64,000 nucleotides of DNA. It comes from Felis catus. Its lineage: Eukaryota. Below, piece by piece: positions 1 to 13,047 of this stretch. Numbering within the stretch: the first letter of the stretch is position 1; every line of letters starts with the position of its first letter. Both the position numbers and the translations under genes were made by a program. The stretch spans positions 60,142,001 to 60,206,000 of the forward strand of contig NC_058368.1 in the NCBI RefSeq assembly GCF_018350175.1, written 5' to 3'. The notes under the pieces are model-generated. The model saw only the letters and a list, made by a program, of their open reading frames with translations. It did not search any database and had not been told where the DNA came from.

Positions 1-3000
1 AATATTACCTAGTCAACCCATATTCCAGATTTTCTCGAATTCTTCCCAAATTGTTCTAATTAATCATGATAGACGTTTGGTTGATATTTTTCAGAATATT
101 TTTTTACTATATCATGAAACCTCTGATTTTCAAAATTTCTCCTTTCTGTTCTTATCAATCCCTGATAGCCCATAACTACCTAATGTTTGTAAAAAAGATT
201 TTCACTTAAATGTTGCTGATGTCTGATCCAAGGAAGACCCAACTTTCCATCATTTCCAAAAAGGATAGTGACCCTGTTCTTAATGTACATCAGAGATGGT
301 GGCAGCAATGTGAGTATGGTGAATTCAATAAATATAACCTACATAAATGAAAGCTTGGGGGGTCCCCCAAGAGTTTTAAAAATGCAAAGAGGTCCCGAGA
401 GAAGTGAAAGTACAGTGAACATGTTGCTATATAGAGCAGAAGTTATGGAATATCCACCAGAAGAGTAAACCCCAGCCATAGGCCATGATCACTTACGTGA
501 TTGATACTGTGGGGAGTGGCTAGTTGATGAACCTCACCTATAAAATAACTGAATTTTCATCTCCGGCATCAGATGAGCCAATCCAACAGGTATCCTTCTG
601 TTTCCCACCACTAGTCGCTTCTATCGTGTAGCACAAAGTCCATGTGAGCCTTTAACCAAAAATGGGGAATTGGGAGGAAGATTTGGTCAATGCCACTGCC
701 TCCATTTTCCTAAAAGTCTCGCTTTAAAACATGGTATTTGAACTGCTTATACATAGGTTGATGACCATCCTCATTCTTCAATCCTGTTAAGCCTGCTCTA
801 TTTATCTAGTTAGTTCACATGTTATAAAAATATGAGACCAGAAGAATGTTTAGAGTTCAGTAGCTTTAATTCACAACTTTCTATATAAAAGCTCCCATTC
901 TGGGACTTTTTGAGTTGAACTGTAAGAAGGGAATATGGTGCCCTGCATTTGTAATCCTTCCTAGCTCTAACCTTTACATATACTCTGTGCCTATGGTAGA
1001 ACCTACACTGGCTGTTCATACAATGAATAGATACCAAGAACATACATTATCACCTTTTTTAAAAATCCTAACTTTGGACATTCCTTAAATGTACAAGACA
1101 CAACTCAACTTCTACCAGACAGGAATCCACTTTACCTTTTTTTCTTCCCTAAGTTAAAAAAATACATATCCCAAGCATCTTTAATATTGCTCTTGAACAA
1201 CACATTGTGAATTTTCTTAGCCACAAAAGAGTTAAGCATTTTAGAAACTTTTGTTCTTGCATTGTGATATTGAGCTGTATATCTTTGTCTATCCACCTGT
1301 CTTTGTAATAGCATTCGCTATTTTTCTACCCACCAGCATAACCCTCGTTTTATGCAAACTTAGTTTTATCTTTAAAGGCCATAGGGACTTCCATCAATCA
1401 TTCTTGTTCCCTAATTTTCCAAACAGTAAAACCGATGGTTTCTCCTCTTCTACTTTGTTATCACAATACACTCTTGAAATCTTTAATGAGTTTTTTTTTC
1501 TAAATCTGAACTTGTTTCATGAAACAAAACATTTTATGTTGCAGCTGAGTAGCAACTCCCCTTATTAAATAAAACTAGTGATGTTCTGCAATAAATAATA
1601 GTTTAAGCAAATTTTCATATAAATGGAAGTAATAGATAGTAGAGGGGTGGGCTGTTCATTCAACAAGGTGTCCTTAGAAAAGTAGCCAGTATTTTCATAC
1701 CACATGTCTTCCCTATAAACATTTTTAATAATCTTATTGGTAGGAACAAAGCACTTAGACTGTTTCTATGAAATGTATGGCTTCTATTTTTGCAAGGATA
1801 ATGTTTAGATTTAAAAAATAAATTCAAAGGGTAATTTGAGGTCAATGGCTCTGTTGCATGACAAACAAGAACCTCCTATATTTTGTCTTGTTTTTTTGTG
1901 TGTGTGGTTTTTTGTTTGTTTGCTTGTTATTGTTTTTTGTTGTTGTTGTTTTTTTACCTTTCCTATAGAAATAGAGTCCACAACATTTTAGTGAGGATGT
2001 TTTCTATTTCCACAAACAGATCAATTTGAGTTTAATGCTGGCCTAGCCAAGACACACAGTTATATGCTCTAGCCCATAAAATATTTCAGTCCCCCAACGC
2101 TCTTGAAGCTCACCTAAATATACTTCCCTGGAAGCAATAGCACTAAGCAAAAGATTTCCCAAAAGACATTTATTTTTATATCAGCAATCAATTTAATGGA
2201 GACATCTAAGCATTCTTCTTATTAGCTATTTTTATTTATACACAGGATAATAAGAGCTTATTGTAACCATCTTACTGATTTTCATTGAAAAATATATGTA
2301 CAAATTATGATTAAAACCAATAATTCCTCTCTTAAGTAGACTATTTATTCTTACTGTCAGACATTGCATGCTTATACAAAGATCCTCTCCTTTTATTTGT
2401 ATTTTAATCAACAGATGGCCCAGGCCTGCAACTACCACATGATCATCTCCACTGTTACTTCCTTGTGTCTTTACAAAAGTTAGTGACTGATACCCCATCC
2501 TTTCTCCCTCGCATTGAGAAAACCTCTCACATGGTCTGTTCATATATCCTCCCCAAATCATCAATTTCCGTTTGATGACTTCTGTCCTCACCCCCAACCT
2601 CTAAATAAATTCTCTACCAGTACCATCACCACAAAGAAAAGAAAAAAGAGAGATAGGCTTGGGAAACTTTTCAAAAATTTCCAGCCTTTTTCTGAGGCTT
2701 TTCCAATATGGTCTTTTGGACAAGGAATTGACCACTTGAGTTGATCACCTAAGATTGTTTAATAGAAGAAAACTTTAAAAGCAGAGAGATAAGAATTGTC
2801 AATCTCCAGAGCTGAATTTGCAGGAATACAAGAGGCTTACTTTTTGCAAGTACTGGGTAGAGGTGGTTTTAGAGGACTTGAATCGGCAAAAAATGGAAAT
2901 AAAATTTGAAATCTTGAGTTAAAATAAACTAGGTTTCAGATAATAATATATGTTATGTGTATGCTGGAAACATTTATATTTGGGTAGATTCTATTTTTTT

Positions 3001-4259
3001 TACTTTATATTTCAAAATAAGTGATTTAAGACAAATATAAAAATCAAATATAGAAGAGTGCATACAGAGCAGTGTTTTCTGTGAGTCATCTCATCTTAGA
3101 AGTGCAAGTTCTAACAGTAAAGGCTCACAAACATAATTACTCAGCTCAGACCCACCAGACAATTCAATGGAATTCAACTGCCTGAGATTCAAGAGAAGGG
3201 AAAGAGATACTGTAAAGGATCATGATGGCGCATGAAACTTTATTCTGTTTCTCCCCATACCTTACCAGTGTTTTGGGATATTTTAGTGGTTTCCAATGAA
3301 AGCAGCTACATGCCAATAGCCACCCTAGGCCCTAGATATTTATTCATCTCTAAGGTCCTTTTACATCTCTATCTCTTATATCATCTACCTTCCATATGTA
3401 CATGCTCAAAAGAACTTTTTTTCCTTTCTTCCCCCTTCATTGTGACACACTAGATGAGGGTTTTTCTGTTCCTAAATTCCCTTCAAAACTTTTTTATCCC
3501 TTTTGTATCACGAATCTCTCCCCCAAATCCCCATAAACTGCAGCTTTTAAAGGCATGGACATCATTTCCTTGTAAATATTCTTCAATTATACCCTCCAAA
3601 ACCAAAATACCTTGAGAAAAAAATACAAAGACAAAGGAGACAAAGTGAAACGTTCAAGGGACTCAGTGATCAACTCTTCCAAATGGGGCTTAGGAGACTA
3701 AAAGAAGTATAACTTGGAAAGGCTCCAACCATGAAATGTGTCGGTTTTTAAGGTTAATCCTGACCATATTTTAGATATATTAAAAAATTCCCTACTGTTT
3801 ATATGGAATTATTTCTAGAGTCCAGAGCACTTAAAAAACATTTAAGGAGGTATTGACCATTTGGGATTTAGTTCTCAGCCAACACACCAATTTACATTTT
3901 CCCTCCAACCTAATATTTGCAGTACCTAAAAGGTCTTGATGCTCATCCAGAAAGTTTTTTTTTGGAGGCAATAGCACTGAGCAAGCAGTCTTTTACCTGG
4001 TGTCAGATACTTACTTTGGTTCAGTTGTTAGTGGAAAATTGCTTTTCCCAACAAAAGAAATACAGACTAAAAAGTTGGAGAAGATTGTTATAAATGAGCT
4101 TTCTGAAGATTTTTAAAGATCTTTTCAATAAGACCTTATTTTTCAACCAGTTCATTTTAGGGTACATGCTAGTCCTTGCATTTGACTATATTCTAACTCT
4201 CAATAGCAGGTCTATATCACCCATAGTGTGTTAAAATTTTTTGAGGTCTTCCTTTTTTA

Positions 4260-4480
4260 TTTTTTTAAATTTTTTTAAATGTTTATTTATTTTTGAGACA
4301 GAGAGAGACAGAGCATGAATGGGGGAGGGGCAGAGAGAGAGGGAGACACAGAATCAGAAGTAGGCTCCAGGCTCTGAGCCATCAGCCCAGAGCCTGACTC
4401 GGGGCTCAAACTCACGAACCGTGAGATCGTGACCTGAGCTGAAGTCGGACGCTCAACCGACTGAGCCACCCAGGCGCCCC
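4260..4480 (-). mobile_element. CAN-SINE (SINEC_Fc-type), full length
   Basis: Minus strand: GGGGCGCCTGGGTGGCTCAGTCGGTTGAGCGTCCGACTTCAGCTCAGGTCACG head, (CT)n tract, AATAAA/poly(A) tail. TSD GAGGTCTTCCTTTTTTA at 4243-4259 and 4482-4498. Confidence 0.97.
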
Positions 4481-5078
4481 AGAGGTCTTCCTTTTTTAAT
4501 GTACTGGTGGTTGCCAAGAACAAAAGTATAAGATAAGAACCAACATATGGAAAAGCCAGCCACACAGCCTGATGTATCATTTAGCAATAGTTATTTCTCT
4601 GGTTCAATACCTACTTTACCAGTACTCCTCTTGATATTTCCAGAATAGCAAAGATGTAATTTTCAGCTAGTTCCCTTAAACAGTGGTCAACTACAGAGTA
4701 CCTCTGACCTATTCACTGATCCCATTCCCTGAACAGACAGTTTCCAGAAATTGAGTGCACAGGTTTGTGATTTCTACTTTTGGACACATCTCTAGAAAGA
4801 TAAGCAAGAAGAAAAGAAAGAGGAGATAGAAGGAAGAAAGGTAGGAAGGAGAGAAAGAATGAAAGAAGAACATAAAAGTTAAAATGCAAGATAAATACTT
4901 ATACACTTTATATTTTTAAGTGCTCTGACATCTTTATCCAAATAATTTTGAGAGCTTATGGAACATGAAGTATAGAACAATTTTTTAAATAACTCAAGAG
5001 AAAATATTAAGGATTGAGAACCCTTAAAATTAAGCCATAGTTGATACTTCCTTCCTCTGCTGACATGAAACCGTCTTT

Positions 5079-5080
<2 letters not shown>

Positions 5081-5110
<30 letters not shown>
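5081..5110. repeat. (AC)15 microsatellite
   Basis: Perfect dinucleotide run read directly. Confidence 0.97.
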
Positions 5111-5113
<3 letters not shown>

Positions 5114-5199
5114 TATGGGGAAATTTTACCAAAATGTCTATAGCTTGTACAAATTGTTTTTGTGAGCAGAAAAAGAGGAAAGATAATCTATTCTATTTT

Positions 5200-5620
5200 T
5201 CAAAAACATACTAGAATAATAGGATAAAAGAAACAAAAGTATATACTAAGATAAAAATATATCACCTTGTCATAGTTGAAAAGTTATGAATAATACATTG
5301 GCCAGTAAATTTAGTAATATTTAATGAATATAGTTGTCTACATATGGAATCTATAAAAAAAGAAGAGAGAAAAAAAGAAATTATGCATCATTCATAATTT
5401 CTGGATACAGGACCAACCTACAAATCAGAAGCACTCATAACACCAAAAATAATCATTTAGAAAACATGGTATATAATTTGAAAAGAATCCCACTTACATT
5501 GGCAAGAAAATAGAAGAATATTTTTTAATTATAATTTGTGAGAAAAATTTATAAAACTGTAGACATAGGTTACCAAAATAGTTGGAAAATAAAATTAATC
5601 TAGGTATATTTTAATGAAAG
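5200..5620 (+). mobile_element. Highly decayed L1 ORF2 fragment (L1ME-like)
   Basis: A-rich sequence resembling L1 ORF2 (ttctggatacaggaccaacctacaaatcagaagcact...aatcatttagaaaac). Boundaries approximate. Confidence 0.45.
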
Positions 5621-5929
5621 CTAAAACAACAGCAATACATACATACATACATACTGACCAAAATATATTCACAAAGTTAACTGTAAATGAAAGCCTGGAA
5701 AAATATATCAGCCATATGTGTCCATTCAATTCCTAAATGTTGGCTTTGAGCCATTCAATATCTACCAGCAGTCATGCTCCAAGATACAGCCCTAAGTGTC
5801 AGTGATTCCTATCTGGAAAATAGGAGGTGCAGTCCCAGCAGACATGGAATCTAGAGTTATTTTAATCCCATATCCACTTCTTGTTTTCTGACATCTTTAA
5901 CTGAAATTTGCCTTTTGAAAATATTAGAT

Positions 5930-6240
5930 AGGGGGTTTCTTATGTCCCATAGTCATTTTTCAAATCTCTTACTTTTTCATAATGATTTTAATTAAAGTCC
6001 AAGTCTTTTCAGTTGAGTATAAGAATCACTTATATCTTGTATACTTTGCTGTGACTTAAATATATTTATAATAATACAACCCTTTTTTTCCAAAATACCC
6101 TAAGACATTGACCTTTTTATTATGATGAAGTATATTTTTATTTCCCTTGTATAATTCCTTCTTTGGACATCTACTTTGTATGATATTAATATGGCCCCAC
6201 CAGATTTCTTATGTTAGTTTCTGCACAATACATGTGTTTT
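5930..6240 (-). mobile_element. Decayed L1 fragment
   Basis: gacattgacctttttattatgatgaag...tctactttgtatgatattaatatggccccaccagatttctt resembles antisense L1 endonuclease-region sequence. Confidence 0.5.
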
Positions 6241-6869
6241 CATTCAAGTTGTAGAAAACAAAAACAAAAAACAAATCTAATTTCTTCTATTCTCATATTA
6301 GGAAACAATTGGTAGATAGTCTAGGGTAACAGAGAATCAAACAGTTTGAAACTAATAAAGATCAAAGATTTAAGCTGCTGGGCATGGTCACACCTCGTTA
6401 AAGCCTACTGCTTGTATGACCAGATGGGAATGAATATGATATGAAGGAGGTCCAAAAGAAGGAGAGAAAAGCATAAAGAGCAAGACAGAGAGCAGGGAAA
6501 AGAGAGAGAGCGAGAGATCAGAGAGAGAGAGAGAGTAGAGAAAGCCCATTATGCCCATTTTTTCCCCACCTGAGGAGAAGAGTAGACATTCTCTTCTCTC
6601 TAAATAAACATGGGAAGTGAGAATGTGCTCTGTTCCAATAAATGCCACCTTGTGAGATGGTATCCTACTTATGTTACAGATAGGGGATCAGAACTTTATA
6701 CAGTCATATTAACTGCCTTCCTCATAGAAGTAGTGATGAAGGAAGCTAGAGTTAGATGCCAGGATCCCCTAGACAACTGTCATCCCTCATTGAGAAAATC
6801 CACATTTCATATGTATGTTACTGTACATATTCATGACATATTTTATGGAAAGTTACTAAGTAAATACCT

Positions 6870-7790
6870 GAATTAATAGGAGAAAATATGATAAAAATAA
6901 CAGAAACTGTGCCTTCCTTTATAAAGCATATGGTGTAGTGGAACATTCAGTTAAAATGCTGTGTGATAAAGTGTTTTGATAATCAGGTTTTGCATGTTAT
7001 ACAACTCTGTGGGAGGGTACATAATCTTCACCTGGGGGCATCGAATAAAGCTGGTGAAAGGATATGTTCCCTCCACAATGAGCAAAAACTGGCAAGATGA
7101 ATGAATCATGGACAGAAGTAGGAGTACCAGTAAAAAAGAACATTTTGTGCAAAACATGGGGTAAAAAGAAATAAAGAGCCATTCAGGAAATAAAACACAT
7201 TTGATTTGTGTGAATAATAGATGACTTGTGACAAACGCAAAACATGAGGTTGGAAAGGTAAGCAGGAGACATATTATTCAGGGCCATATAGTCTCTGTTA
7301 AGGATTTGGGACTTCATTAAAAAAGGCAAAGAGGAGCCCTTGAAGATTTTTTCTTTTAAGTAAAGTAAAACAATGTAATTTACATCTTAAATGATTTATT
7401 TGATGTGTTGTTTTGGAAAATGGATTAGATAAATTAAGACTCAGTTATATGAAAATAATTAGAGGTAGCAGCAATGCAGATAAGAAACAATGTTGGCTTA
7501 AACTAGGAAAGTGACATTAAAAACAGAAAAAAATGTGAATTGACTCAGGAAATATACTAGAGAAGGATGGGAGGACTTTGTCATCATTTGGATAGAAAAA
7601 AAAAGAAGTTGGAAGGGAAATGCAAAGTCCTCTCTTGGGAGCAATTAATTGCATGGTATCCTATTCAATAAGAGCAAACTGAGAGGGCACCGGATAGCTG
7701 AGTTTTCTATATTGGACATGTTAAGTTTAATGTATCTGTGAGCAACCAAATAAAAATGTGCATTAGAATGATGAGTAGTCAGGTCAAAAG
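6870..7790 (-). mobile_element. L2 LINE fragment
   Basis: gaggttggaaaggtaagcaggag...gttaaggatttgggacttcatt...ttggacatgttaagtttaatgtatctgtg resemble antisense L2 motifs. Boundaries approximate. Confidence 0.6.
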
Positions 7791-8064
7791 TGAACACCAT
7801 GTGAAATAGTGGTGCTGACTTAGATGATGGAAGTTCAGTTTACAATTTGGAGGTGAATGTCAAAAAAGGATAACAAAAGGGTAAATGAAAAGAGACCACA
7901 AATAAAATTCAAGAAAAAAAATGATACAAGGAAAACTGGAAGGGATGGGTTGGAAAAATAAGCAGATTCTAAAAAGAATACAAGTGATCCAAGTGCTTAA
8001 TTATGACAGAAGTTGTGGAAAAGATAAGTATGACAGAGTGGGAAAGTGGTGAATTTAAAAGCAG

Positions 8065-8565
8065 TGTGGTAAGATTGCAGAAGACCATAAATACTTCATT
8101 GTCCCACCTTTAGAGATGGAATCAAATTTTCTTTCCCTTGATTTTGGATTTGCTCAAAGTACATACTTGACAAATACATGATAATGGGGTGACATTCTAG
8201 GACTTCCAAGGCAAGGCCCTGAAGTCTTGTAGCCTGTACCACAGCTACCAGGATTCTTAATCCACCAGGGAAGAAGTTCAACTATCTTGCAGGAGGTATC
8301 ATGTGGAGAAGTGCTAACATTACAAAGAGAGAGAGAGAGAGAGAGAGAGGTTCAACCTTCTGGCTTTGCTCCAAGGCACCTGGCATATGGGCAAAGACAT
8401 CTTGGAAACCATTCCATGCCCAGCCAAATTGCCACCTAAATTCCACTAAGATACCCACATCAATGCCATGTGAGACAGAAAAAATTGTGCTGGCTAAGGC
8501 TTAACCAAATCTATGACTCATAAAATCATAAGATATAATAAAGTGGTTGTTTTAATTCACTAGTC
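8065..8565 (+). mobile_element. MaLR LTR (MLT1F/G/H-like)
   Basis: Begins TGTGGTAAGATTGC; contains gagatggaatc...ttcccttgattttggatttg, gacttccaaggcaaggcc and a 3' aataaagtggttgttttaattcact typical of MLT1. Confidence 0.7.
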
Positions 8566-8569
8566 GAAG

Positions 8570-9347
8570 CAGAGTGATGCTTTGATGACAGCCTACATAA
8601 TATGTAGCATTGGCTTTGGTACCTGGAGTCAGATGGAAAGTATAAGCACATAGAGGGGACTGTTAGTGATCCTAGAGAAAATGCATCCCTTATTATGCAG
8701 TGGCAAAAATATTAATGAAACTGAAGTCTTCCTGGTAACACGCTAAATAGGAAATATGGCAAATTGACAGGTGGATTTAGCTAGATGGAATCCCAAGTTG
8801 GATGCTAAATGTGACAATGATTTCAGTTTTCCTGCTTGCGATAAGGTACAGATAAAAAATAAGGAGCTAAGAAAGAACTTTCAGCATTCAAGCATAATTT
8901 AGAGGGAATCTAAAGAAGTCAGAACTCAAAACTAAAATAGTTTCTCATACCTAGTTTCTCCAAGGAAAAGAAAAATAATGCTATCACTTAAGGAATGGAT
9001 TCAGGGCAAATGTTTAATATACAGGACACTACTGGTAAAGCAGAAAAAAGAATAAAGATAGCAAGAAATGTGAATGTAAGATCTTTTGTTTAAATTTTAG
9101 AACAGTTTAACGGTAGAAGGGACAGTAGGTGTATTGACACATGCCTCCTTTTACCTAGACAAAGACATCTAAGAAACCTCAAGATATAGTCCACAGCTCT
9201 GTGATGTTCAAGTGCAGGTACAGGAAGAACTTTCTTTCAAAGAAGAGACAATGGGGCTTTGTATAATAAAGTGGATTATAATTTGGTACATGAGAAAGTA
9301 TTTTACCACCTTGGCTTGAAAAACAAAGAAAAATAAAAAGGAAAGAG

Positions 9348-9402
<55 letters not shown>

Positions 9403-9590
9403 GAAAAAAAAGAATCTGGACTCCCAAACTTATATAGGCAGGAAGCAGGCGGAGAAATCTACTCAGTTGCAAACACCAAGGAACCATTTATTATTTAAAA
9501 GGAAAACGGAACCCAAATGTAGAGCCAGGAGGGCAGAGAATTATTTCCAAGAAGCAGAACTTGGCCTTAAAGAAGAAACTGGTGGCAAAT
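8570..9590 (+). mobile_element. MLT1 internal region (MaLR-int), directly after the LTR
   Basis: atgtagcattggctttggtacc...cccttattatgcagtggcaaaa...gtggatttagctag and gagaattatttccaagaagcag match recalled MLT1-int motifs; same orientation as the LTR. Confidence 0.6.
9349..9400. repeat. (GAAA)13 tetranucleotide microsatellite
   Basis: Perfect run read directly. Confidence 0.97.
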
Positions 9591-9659
9591 GTAGCTTTTA
9601 TAGCTGCTTTTCATCAATTAAGTGTACTATTTCTTTTGTCACCCATTCTTTAGTTGACT

Positions 9660-10160
9660 TCTAGGACAAAATACTTTCAGGATTTTTTTCTTAATTCATT
9701 TTTTGATTGCTCTCAGCCTTCTTTGATCTATCAAAATTTGTATTTCTCCTAAACTTCATAATATTCCACTATACCAGGTTTGATATCCCATCTCTTCTCC
9801 TGGCCTCACACATTGCCAGAATACTGATGAATACCAAATTTAAAACACAGATTCTCTCCTAAACTCTCAACTCTTATCCACATATTTATGTGATGTCTAC
9901 CATTGGATATCTAGTAGATTTCTCAAACACACAACACCTAAAATTGAATTCCTATTCCCCCTCAAATCTCTTCCCACAAAATCTGCCAACTTACTTGACA
10001 CCAGTACCAATCTCCCAATTGTTCAATATAATATTTTGAAATTATCTTTTACTGTTATTTTCCTCTCTCATCCACACTCAAACTAGCATATATACCTATT
10101 TTACTTTATCTTTGAAAATACATCCAAAAATAAAATAAAATAAAATCTGTCCATCCCTTC
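9660..10160 (+). mobile_element. L2 LINE fragment
   Basis: ctctcctaaactctcaactc...gatgtctaccattggatatctagtagatttctcaaac...aaaattgaattcc are typical L2 3'-region motifs. Confidence 0.6.
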
Positions 10161-10164
10161 TTCC

Positions 10165-10649
10165 ACTGGATTCTTTTATTGTCAATGAAGTTATACTCAA
10201 GATACATCTCCCAGAACCCTCTTCCTCGAGATTCAGGGTTACATTAGCCTCAGAGAGGTTCTTATGTAAGATTTGGATGTAAATGTGAGACAGTGGCCAT
10301 TGCTATCTGAGGACGTGGTAATTAATTGTGGTGACAGATAAGAGCATAGGCACTGGTAAGTTCAGGTTTTCCCAGCACTCCTCAATGCTGTGTGCAGTTC
10401 TTGCAGTTTTTGGTAATGTGCATCCCAAGTCTGTCATCAGACACTTGGTTGTGGACCCCCAAATCCATTGTGGCCTACTCTACCAGTCGTCACTCCTGGG
10501 CCTCACTAGAGCCTGTTTTGCTTCTCAAATCGACTTGTTGGTGCCTCCTCCCAATCCCCCAAACCTCCTTTAGAATTTTAACTTCCTGATTTTCTCCAAC
10601 AATTATATAAAGCCTCAAATATACACTATGAACATGGACTATATGTATA

Positions 10650-10681
<32 letters not shown>

Positions 10682-10758
10682 CATATATATATATAATGTG
10701 TTATATACTACATTCTGTATTATGTTTTAATTCTTTTTCCCCAGAGAACCTTAACTAG
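10165..10758 (+). mobile_element. ERVL-class LTR (LTR41-like)
   Basis: tacatctcccagaaccctcttcc...tgtggtgacagat...acacttggttgtggaccccc...cagagaaccttaacta, followed immediately by ERVL internal start. Contains a (TG)n(TA)n run at about 10650-10695. Confidence 0.6.
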
Positions 10759-11080
10759 ATTGTGGTACCAAGAGTGATTCTAGAGAAACAGATTTTTAAA
10801 GATCTTTACTGAGATAAACACTGATATACAAAATGCTGCATGTATTTAATGTCTTAGCATATGCATGCACATATAATAGACAGCCATCAGTTGTAAAAGT
10901 TTCCTTGTGTAAAGAAACTGAATTTTAAGAATGAATTTTCAAAATCAGATATAAGGTTCCTGGAATTGGTTTTCTATTATGATTATGTTTAAAAAATAAT
11001 GATTCTGTTTCCAGTAGTAAAGAGAACAGTGGTAATCCATGCTAAGATCTAGCAATTTGATACCCCAAATATCACTATTA
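10759..11080 (+). mobile_element. ERVL internal 5' leader (PBS region / gag start), interrupted by a short L1 tail
   Basis: gattgtggtaccaagagtgattctagagaaacag...ttcctggaattggttttcta...gattctgtttccagtagtaaagagaacagtggtaatccatg matches the recalled ERVL-int 5' end. Confidence 0.7.
10798..10910 (-). mobile_element. Very short 5'-truncated L1 3' tip inserted in ERVL leader
   Basis: ctttactgagataaacactgatatacaaaatgctgcatgtatttaatg is L1M 3'-end-like. Imperfect flanking duplication AGAGAAACAGATTTTT (10782-10797) / AAAGAAACTGAATTTT (10911-10926). Confidence 0.55.
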
Positions 11081-11084
11081 TTAA

Positions 11085-11594
11085 GTGTAATATATATTAA
11101 TATATACTCCTATATTCTATACATAGAATATATCATAAGGAATTGATACATGTGATTATGGAGGCTGACATGTCCAAACATATGTAGTCAGCAAGTTAGA
11201 GAACCAAGAGTGTTGATGTATAGTTCTACTCTGAGTCCATAAACCTGATACAAGGAGAAGTGATGGTATAAATTCCATTCCAAAAGCTGGCAATCTGGGG
11301 CCCCAAGATCTGTTATTTCAGCGTAGTCTGAAGGCTGGAAAAGACCAGTGTCTCAGGTCTTTAAGTGAGGCAGGAGGAGTTCTTTCTTACTCAGCCTTTT
11401 TGTTCTATTTAATTCTTCAGTTGTTTGAATGAGGCACATCCACATTATAAGGACAATTTATTTTGCTCAGTCTACTGATTCAAATGTTAATCTCATCCAG
11501 AAACGCCCTCGCAGACACACCCAGAATAGTGTATGAACAAATGTCTGGGCACTACATATTCCAGTCAAAGTAACACAGAAAATTAACCATCACA
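11085..11594 (-). mobile_element. MLT2 (ERVL) LTR
   Basis: Minus strand begins TGTGATGGTTAATTTTCTGTGTTACTTTGACTGG; internal cagtctactgattcaaatgttaatctcatccagaaac and gattatggaggctga are MLT2 hallmarks. Confidence 0.85.
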
Positions 11595-12198
11595 TATGGA
11601 AAAGCAGAAGGCCTAGAATAGTCATATGACAATAAAGAAAAAGAACAAAGCCAGAGGACTGACACTACCTGACTTTGAGACTTGTATAGAAATATTAAAA
11701 TCGAGACATTGTGCTATCAGTGAAAGAACGCATGAATAGATCTATGAGACAGTATAGAGAGCACAGAAATATAGCCACACAGATATAGTCAACTTATCTT
11801 TCACAAAAGAACAAAGGCAATTCAATGAGAAAGTGTAGTCTTTTCAACAAATAACACTGGAAAAACTGGATCTCCATGAGAAAAAATTGAACCTAGATAT
11901 TGATGGTATACGTTTCATAAAAATTAACTATAATGAATTGTAAATCCATTGTAAATGCAAAATCCCAAAATATAAAACTTCCAGAAGATAATATAGGAGA
12001 AAAGGTAGGTGAACTTAGGTTTGGCAGTGAGCTTTAGATATGCCACCAAAAGCAAAATCCAGAAAAGAAAAAAAATAATAAGCTGGATTTCATTACAATT
12101 AAAACCTTCAGTGAAGGACATTGTTAAAAGAATGAATGGAAAGCCATAGACTGGGAGAAAATATTTGCCAAACATATATCTGATACAGGACTTGTGTC

Positions 12199-12576
12199 TT
12201 TTTTTTTTTCCCTTGTGATAAGACTTATAGAATTTACTCTCTTAACAACTTTCCTACATATCATACAACAGTGTTAGCTATAATCATCATGTTGTACATT
12301 ACATCCCTAGTACTTATCTTAGAACTGGAAGTTTGTACCTTTTGAGCCTCCCTTCCTATGATTTTCTCTCACCCTCCATTCTTATAAACCACAGTCTGAT
12401 CTTTTTTCTGAGTTCAGTTTTGTTTTGTTTTGTTGTTATATTTTACATGTGAATGAGATGATACAGTATTTGTCTTTTTCTGTCTGACTTATTTCACTTA
12501 GTAAAATGCTAAAGTCCACTCATGTTGTAAATGGTAGAATTTCATTTTTTTTGGCTGAATAATATTCCAGCATGTG

Positions 12577-12616
<40 letters not shown>

Positions 12617-13047
12617 CACAACTTCTTTAGCCATTCACCCATCCATGGACATTTAGATTGTTTCTATATCTTGGTTATTGTAAATAATTCTACTATCAAG
12701 ATGGGGTGCTGATATCTTTTCAAGTTAGTGTTTTGGGTATATTCCCAGAAGTAGAATTGCTGGATCATATGGTAGTTCTATTTTTAGTTTTTTAACTAAA
12801 TACTTGATACTGCTTTCTATAGTGGCTATACCAATTTACAATCTTACCAACAATACACAAGGGTTCCCTTTTCCTCACATCTATGCTAGAATTTGTTATC
12901 TCTTGTCTTTTTTATGATAGGCATTCTAACAGGCATTAGGTGATATCTCATTACAGTTTTAATTTGCATTTCCCTAATGTTGAGCTTTTTTTTTAATGTA
13001 CCTCGTTGGCCTTTTGTATATCTTCTTTGAATAAATGTCCACTCAGG
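12199..13047 (-). mobile_element. 5'-truncated L1 (L1MA9/carnivore-type 3' end) nested antisense in the older L1
   Basis: Poly(T) at 12199, then tactctcttaacaactttc...gttgtacattacatccctag...tatctcattacagttttaatttgcatttccct. 13-bp TSD CAGGACTTGTGTC (12186-12198) / CAGGACTTGTATC (13048-13060). Confidence 0.9.
12579..12614. repeat. (GT)18 microsatellite within L1
   Basis: Perfect run read directly. Confidence 0.95.

Noticed and set aside
4287..4580. ORFs with WVAQSV...PTSAQV / GAPGWRSRLSVRLQPGHD motifs (also 22659, 28116, 32609, 41426, 44203, 50494, 54334)
   Set aside because: They are translations of CAN-SINE sequence, a known source of spurious carnivore protein predictions.
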